NCBI GenBank assembly: GCA_041891055.1
Contig: CP169074.1
Location: forward strand, 160,001 to 224,000
Length of the DNA: 64,000 nt
Reading direction: 5' to 3'
Source of the DNA: Halorutilales archaeon Cl-col2-1
Lineage (GTDB): Archaea; Halobacteriota; Halobacteria; Halobacteriales; Afararchaeaceae
Position numbers and translations under genes: made by a program. Under the pieces are notes generated by a model. The model did not search any database. It worked only from the letters and a program-made list of their open reading frames with translations, and was not told the DNA's origin. Shown piece by piece: positions 60,149 to 64,000 of this stretch; position 1 is the stretch's first letter; each line of letters opens with the position of its first letter.

Positions 60149-60196
60149 TTGTGGAGCTTTGCTCCACAGCCCTCGAAAACGAAGTTTTCGAGAACG
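60149..60196 (+). repeat. 48-bp twin-hairpin insertion in the left-end region of element #1
   Basis: TTGTGGAGC-TTT-GCTCCACA-GCC-CTCGAAAAC-GAA-GTTTTCGAG-AACG with ACG duplicated; absent at the equivalent site of element #2. Confidence 0.72.
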
Positions 60197-60241
60197 CATT
60201 CCTCCCGCACCTAAAGGTGCGGGTATCCTGCTGTGGTACCT

Positions 60242-60847
60242 ATGACTCAGCAAGACACAGACAGAACAGGCGAGTTCGAGAGACAGACACGAGAGACTAG
60301 TATCGAGGTCGAGATAGACGTCGACGGTGTCGGAGACTCCGACGTAGACACGGGCATCGATTTCTTTGACCACATGCTCGAAGGCTTCTCGAAACACGGT
60401 CTCTTCGACCTTAAGGTCAAGGCGGACGGTGACTTAGAGACCGGAGACCACCACACTGTCGAGGATGTCGGCATCTGTTTAGGCAGGGCTTTAGAAAACG
60501 CCCTCGGAGACAAGGAAGGAGTCAGAAGGTTCGGAGACGCCTCGGCTCCCTTGGACGAGTCAGTCTCGACGGTCGTCGTCGACATCAGCGGACGTCCCTA
60601 CTTCGTCGAGGACGTCTCCGACGAGTTAGAGCGTGAGAAGATAGCCGACCTCTCGACTCAGATGGTGACGCATTTCTTCAGGTCACTCGCCACGAACGCG
60701 AGTCTGACACTCCACGTCGAGTCCAAGGGAGACAACGACCACCACGTGGTTGAGTCTCTCTTCAAGGCTTTCGGGCTCGCCTTAGACGAGGCTACACGTA
60801 TAGACGAGAGAAAGAGAGGAGTTCCGAGTACGAAGGGAAAACTCTAA
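60242..60847 (+). CDS. hisB: imidazoleglycerol-phosphate dehydratase
   Basis: [31 protein letters not shown]. Confidence 0.97.
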   Translation: MTQQDTDRTGEFERQTRETSIEVEIDVDGVGDSDVDTGIDFFDHMLEGFSKHGLFDLKVKADGDLETGDHHTVEDVGICLGRALENALGDKEGVRRFGDASAPLDESVSTVVVDISGRPYFVEDVSDELEREKIADLSTQMVTHFFRSLATNASLTLHVESKGDNDHHVVESLFKAFGLALDEATRIDERKRGVPSTKGKL

Positions 60848-60996
60848 GCCGAAGTATTTCTCTGCTTGTTCTTCGGACGTAGCTTCTTGTAGCCACACTT
60901 TCTGCACTGTTCGGCACCCTGTGGGTTCCGAGCGTCACATCTCATGCATATGTCGACGTCGAGAAGACGTCTCTCTGCTTCGGGAAAGTCAGCCAT
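60844..60996 (-). CDS. rpl40e: 50S ribosomal protein L40e (50 aa)
   Basis: [50 protein letters not shown]; missing from the ORF track. Confidence 0.95.
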   Translation of the reverse strand: MADFPEAERRLLDVDICMRCDARNPQGAEQCRKCGYKKLRPKNKQRNTSA

Positions 60997-61026
60997 ACCT
61001 CGTATTTCGAGGCGCGGAAGTTAACC

Positions 61027-61536
61027 TTAACGTTTCGCATTAAGATACTCGTCCTGAACCTCAACGACTTCAGAGCTGTCTTCACAGTCGGAGTATCTTT
61101 CGAGAGGCTCACGGTTGAGGCTCAGGAAGGTCTCTCCCCAAGCGAAGTTCGACACGAGACGTCGTGCCTCGTCGTCGTAGCCGAGTATGTAGAGAGCGCC
61201 GGCGACAGCCTCTGCGGTGTTGAGACGGAACGCCTTTCCGTAGTTCACGGGGTTCGCAGCTACGAGGAATGGCAGACTTCTGGAGTTGTAACCCCGGGCG
61301 GAGTCGAATATCTCCTCGGCTGACTCCCACGACGCGTCGACCGCGACAACGGGCTTCGAGTCGGAGGGGGAGAGGGCGGTCTCTGCGTAGGGGTCGAGCA
61401 ATGTTCCTCTCGGAACCGTCTCGAATCTCGTGTGTAGCTCCGCCTGCCCCTCCTTTTCGAGACGTCTCGCCGTACATTTCGCGGGATCGTCGTCGCCCTC
61501 GTAGTAGATATGTACTCCTTTGAGAGTCGGGTTCAC
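61027..61536 (-). CDS. tsr3: 16S rRNA aminocarboxypropyltransferase Tsr3 (DUF367)
   Basis: DDPAKCTA, RSLPFLVAANPVNYG, FAWGETFLSLN. Confidence 0.93.
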   Translation of the reverse strand: MNPTLKGVHIYYEGDDDPAKCTARRLEKEGQAELHTRFETVPRGTLLDPYAETALSPSDSKPVVAVDASWESAEEIFDSARGYNSRSLPFLVAANPVNYGKAFRLNTAEAVAGALYILGYDDEARRLVSNFAWGETFLSLNREPLERYSDCEDSSEVVEVQDEYLNAKR

Positions 61537-61575
61537 TGGCTGAATGTAGAGATCCGAGAACCATATACGTACCGC

Positions 61576-61735
61576 GTCTTGGATTATTATCTATAGTCAG
61601 GTACCCACCGCTAAAGCGGTGGGCTTGTCAGTGGACTCCCGCTCTGGCCACGAGACGTGGTAGGCGCAAACTCGCCGTTCGCGTTCAACATCCCTGACTT
61701 CAGGGCAACCTGACAGTCCGCCCGTCCAGCACCAG
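61576..61735 (-). ncRNA. predicted omegaRNA/sotRNA of element #2 (5' limit approximate)
   Basis: Scaffold conserved with element #1. The guide would be the flank TATAGATAATAATCCAAGAC. Confidence 0.62.
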
Positions 61736-63008
61736 ACTTGAGCCAGTGCTGAACAAGACGCCACCCGATGTTCCGAGCGGCGTTGTAATCCGCGTGGAGT
61801 TCTTTTCCACACTTTAGGCACTCGAACTCGTCACCATCGCGGTTATCCTCGTGCGTGAACCCACACTCCGAGTGGCTGCACCGTTGTGACGTGTATTGTG
61901 GCTTCACGTCATCAACGAGGATACCGTACTCTTCGGCCTTGTACTCCGTGAGTTCTTGGAGCTTATTGAACGCCCACTGCTGGAACTTAGAGGCGTTCGA
62001 TATACGCTCTCTGATGTGTTCCAAGTTCTCGAACGCAATTGCATCGCAGTCGTGTCGGCGCGCTTCGAGAACCAGTGTGAGTGCGACGCGATGCAAGTAG
62101 TCCTCGCTCCAATTTGAGAACCGATTGCCGATGGAGTTCAGCGTCAAGTGGGCGCTCCGCGTGCCTGTCTGCTGTAACTTTCCACGACGCCGTTCGTACT
62201 CTGCACGCTTGTGGTTGAGGTAATCTGCGTTGCCGAGGAACGCGCCAGTCGAGGTGACGGCGAGGTAACCGTCAACGTTGAGGTCTACGCCGAGTACCGC
62301 TCCGTACTCGGAGGTGGACGCCTCGTCTTCGTCGCGTTCCTTTTTCATCGACACGTGCAAGTAGTATGTACCGTCGCGCTTATGTAGCGTGGCCTCACCG
62401 CGCTCCCACTCGGGATTATCCCAGTATTCTTCAAATGGCGTTCCGCGAGTGTCTTCGGGTACGATGTATTCCGCGGTGACGCGGTCTTCGACGGTGGAAA
62501 GCGTGCAGTGGTCGTCGTTGTACGTGATAGTTCGATCATCGTAGACGATCACGGTACCGCGGAACTCAGATTTGCTAGCTTTCTCACCGTCTTCGAGGAT
62601 GCGGTCTTTGCAGTTGCCGAGTGCCTTTGCGGCGAGGCTGCGTGCGGCTTGGACGTGGTTTGCAGTGAGGTCTGTCTTTTCACGTACGTCGGAGTATGTG
62701 GCGTCGTGGAGTTTCGACTTGCTTTTGATTATCTGAGTGGGGTCGTCAGACCAGCCGTAGTCCACGGCGTGTTGCGCGGCTTGACGGAATTGCTCGAACG
62801 TCTCATCGAGAACGCTATGTGCGTTCTTATCAACGCCGAGCTTGATTTCGAGGTTTCTGACGACCGTCACAGTTCAAATATTGGAGTTATATTATTTAAT
62901 GGCTGTATTTTAGGTTGGGGAGTCAGCCGTGGCTAGATGCGTGGTTTGATTCAGAAGTGACGCGCTTCCTCCCACGGCTAAAGCAGTGGGTTTCCGCGCT
63001 GCCTCTGT
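61596..63008 (-). mobile_element. IS1341-type element #2 (tnpB only, 1413 bp)
   Basis: Hairpins at 61604-61623 and 62971-62990; TCAT target; right end TGAC. Confidence 0.9.
61611..62870 (-). CDS. tnpB: RNA-guided endonuclease TnpB
   Basis: GVDL, FENL and HADYNAARN RuvC motifs; CSHSEC/CLKC zinc ribbon. Confidence 0.95.
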   Translation of the reverse strand: MTVVRNLEIKLGVDKNAHSVLDETFEQFRQAAQHAVDYGWSDDPTQIIKSKSKLHDATYSDVREKTDLTANHVQAARSLAAKALGNCKDRILEDGEKASKSEFRGTVIVYDDRTITYNDDHCTLSTVEDRVTAEYIVPEDTRGTPFEEYWDNPEWERGEATLHKRDGTYYLHVSMKKERDEDEASTSEYGAVLGVDLNVDGYLAVTSTGAFLGNADYLNHKRAEYERRRGKLQQTGTRSAHLTLNSIGNRFSNWSEDYLHRVALTLVLEARRHDCDAIAFENLEHIRERISNASKFQQWAFNKLQELTEYKAEEYGILVDDVKPQYTSQRCSHSECGFTHEDNRDGDEFECLKCGKELHADYNAARNIGWRLVQHWLKSGAGRADCQVALKSGMLNANGEFAPTTSRGQSGSPLTSPPL

Positions 63009-63074
63009 ATGATTATCTTAAACTAAGTCAAGGCAGCCAGTACAGACTTATACGACGAAGCCCTAACACGAGCC

Positions 63075-64000
63075 ATGAAGGCTTCAGATCTACTCGTGGA
63101 ATGTCTTGAGGTCGAGGGCGTAGAACACGTCTTCGGTCTCCCGGGGGAAGAGACCGAGGACTTGCTTTTCTCTCTACGTGACTCCGACATAGAGTTCATA
63201 CCCGTCCGCCACGAACAGGGTGCTGCGTTCATGGCAGACGTACACGGACGTCTCACGGGAGACGCAGGCGTCTGTCTCTCGACACTCGGACCCGGCGCGA
63301 CCAACCTTATAACGGGAGTCGCCGACGCACATCTCGACAAGAGTCCCACGGTGGCTATAACTAGTCAGGCTGGAAGGGAACGTCTCCACAAGGAGAGTCA
63401 CCAGGCACTCGACATAGTCGAGATGTTCGAGCCCGTCACGAAGTGGAACGCTCAGATCAACGACCCGTCCATTATAAACGAGTCTGTGAGGAAGGCGTTC
63501 AAGCTCGCCGAGTTCGAGAAGCCGGGTGCGACACATATAGAGTTCCCAGAGGACGTCGCCTCTGAGGAGGTCGGGGAGCGTCCGATGGAGCCGAGACAGC
63601 GTGTGAGACGTCCCGACCCCGACATGGCTTCAGTAGAGAGAGCCAAAAACCTCCTCGAAGACGCTGAAAGACCCCTCATAATCGCGGGAAACGGCGCTGT
63701 CAGAACCGACGCCTCGGAGCGCCTCAGAACCCTTGTCGACACGACGTGTATTCCGGTCGCTGCGACCTACATGGGTAAGGGTGCGGTCTCCGACACGAAC
63801 TCGTGTTCGCTCTTCACACTCGACTCGGGAGATCACGAGGAGGCTTCCGACGCCATAGCCAAGTCGGACGTCCTGATCACAGTCGGATTCGACATAGCCG
63901 AACACGACCCGGGAGACTGGAAGATAGACGACGACACCTCTATCATACACATAGACTACGAGCCCGCCGAGGTCTACGACGCATACAACCCGGAGGTCGA
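63075..64000 (+). CDS. ilvB: acetolactate synthase large subunit family (ThDP enzyme), partial
   Basis: MKASDLLVECLEVEGVEHVFGLPGEE, RHEQGAAFMAD, TLGPGATNL; runs off the window. Confidence 0.9.
   Translation, partial: MKASDLLVECLEVEGVEHVFGLPGEETEDLLFSLRDSDIEFIPVRHEQGAAFMADVHGRLTGDAGVCLSTLGPGATNLITGVADAHLDKSPTVAITSQAGRERLHKESHQALDIVEMFEPVTKWNAQINDPSIINESVRKAFKLAEFEKPGATHIEFPEDVASEEVGERPMEPRQRVRRPDPDMASVERAKNLLEDAERPLIIAGNGAVRTDASERLRTLVDTTCIPVAATYMGKGAVSDTNSCSLFTLDSGDHEEASDAIAKSDVLITVGFDIAEHDPGDWKIDDDTSIIHIDYEPAEVYDAYNPEV

Larger units (their letters stand above)
58766..60241 (-). mobile_element. IS200/IS605-family IS1341-type element #1 (tnpB only, 1476 bp)
   Basis: Subterminal hairpins at 58774-58793 and 60204-60223; TCAT target next to the left end; right end TTAC; no tnpA. 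Confidence 0.9.

Noticed and set aside
63009-63026. Mini-ORF MIILN* (Ile/Leu-rich) upstream of ilvB, suggesting an attenuator
   Set aside because: ilvB has its own CTTATA about 26 nt before the ATG (leaderless), so the mini-ORF lies upstream of the likely TSS. It is probably chance in AT-rich DNA.

Overview
This is a gene-dense, GC-rich chromosomal segment of a halophilic archaeon (class Halobacteria). The proteins are very acidic and the promoters are archaeal TATA/leaderless. Methanogen-like traits such as class 1B PyrD+PyrK suggest a deep-branching lineage. Most of the window is housekeeping: hef, proCBA, pheST, pyrDK, hjc, SAMP2, late cobalamin genes, lonB, tRNA-Pro, pelota, ilvD, argS, adenine deaminase, rnp4, the rps15-recJ-pcc1-rps3ae cluster, purN, tfb, rnhA, tRNA-Val, hisC, ubaA, gyrBA, hisA/hisB, rpl40e, tsr3 and a partial ilvB. 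Accessory content is a cytochrome c maturation System I locus (trx-ccmF, ccmAB, ccdA-ccmC-ccmD, no free-standing ccmE in the window) and two IS1341-type tnpB-only elements whose ends can be placed to the base. The most notable observations are: (1) a family of 48-49 bp twin-hairpin micro-insertions, one in frame in TnpB, one in an IS left end and one at a tRNA 3' end; (2) a TnpB element whose TCAT target is the hisA/hisB ATGA stop-start overlap and whose right end supplies a replacement stop, leaving both proteins unchanged; (3) a CcmE-like segment with SxxxY inside CcmF; (4) a leaderless Pro-containing uORF ahead of the proline operon; (5) a SAMP2 ending in GGV; (6) a deletion scar of an iron ABC operon. 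All calls are by eye and no searches were run.
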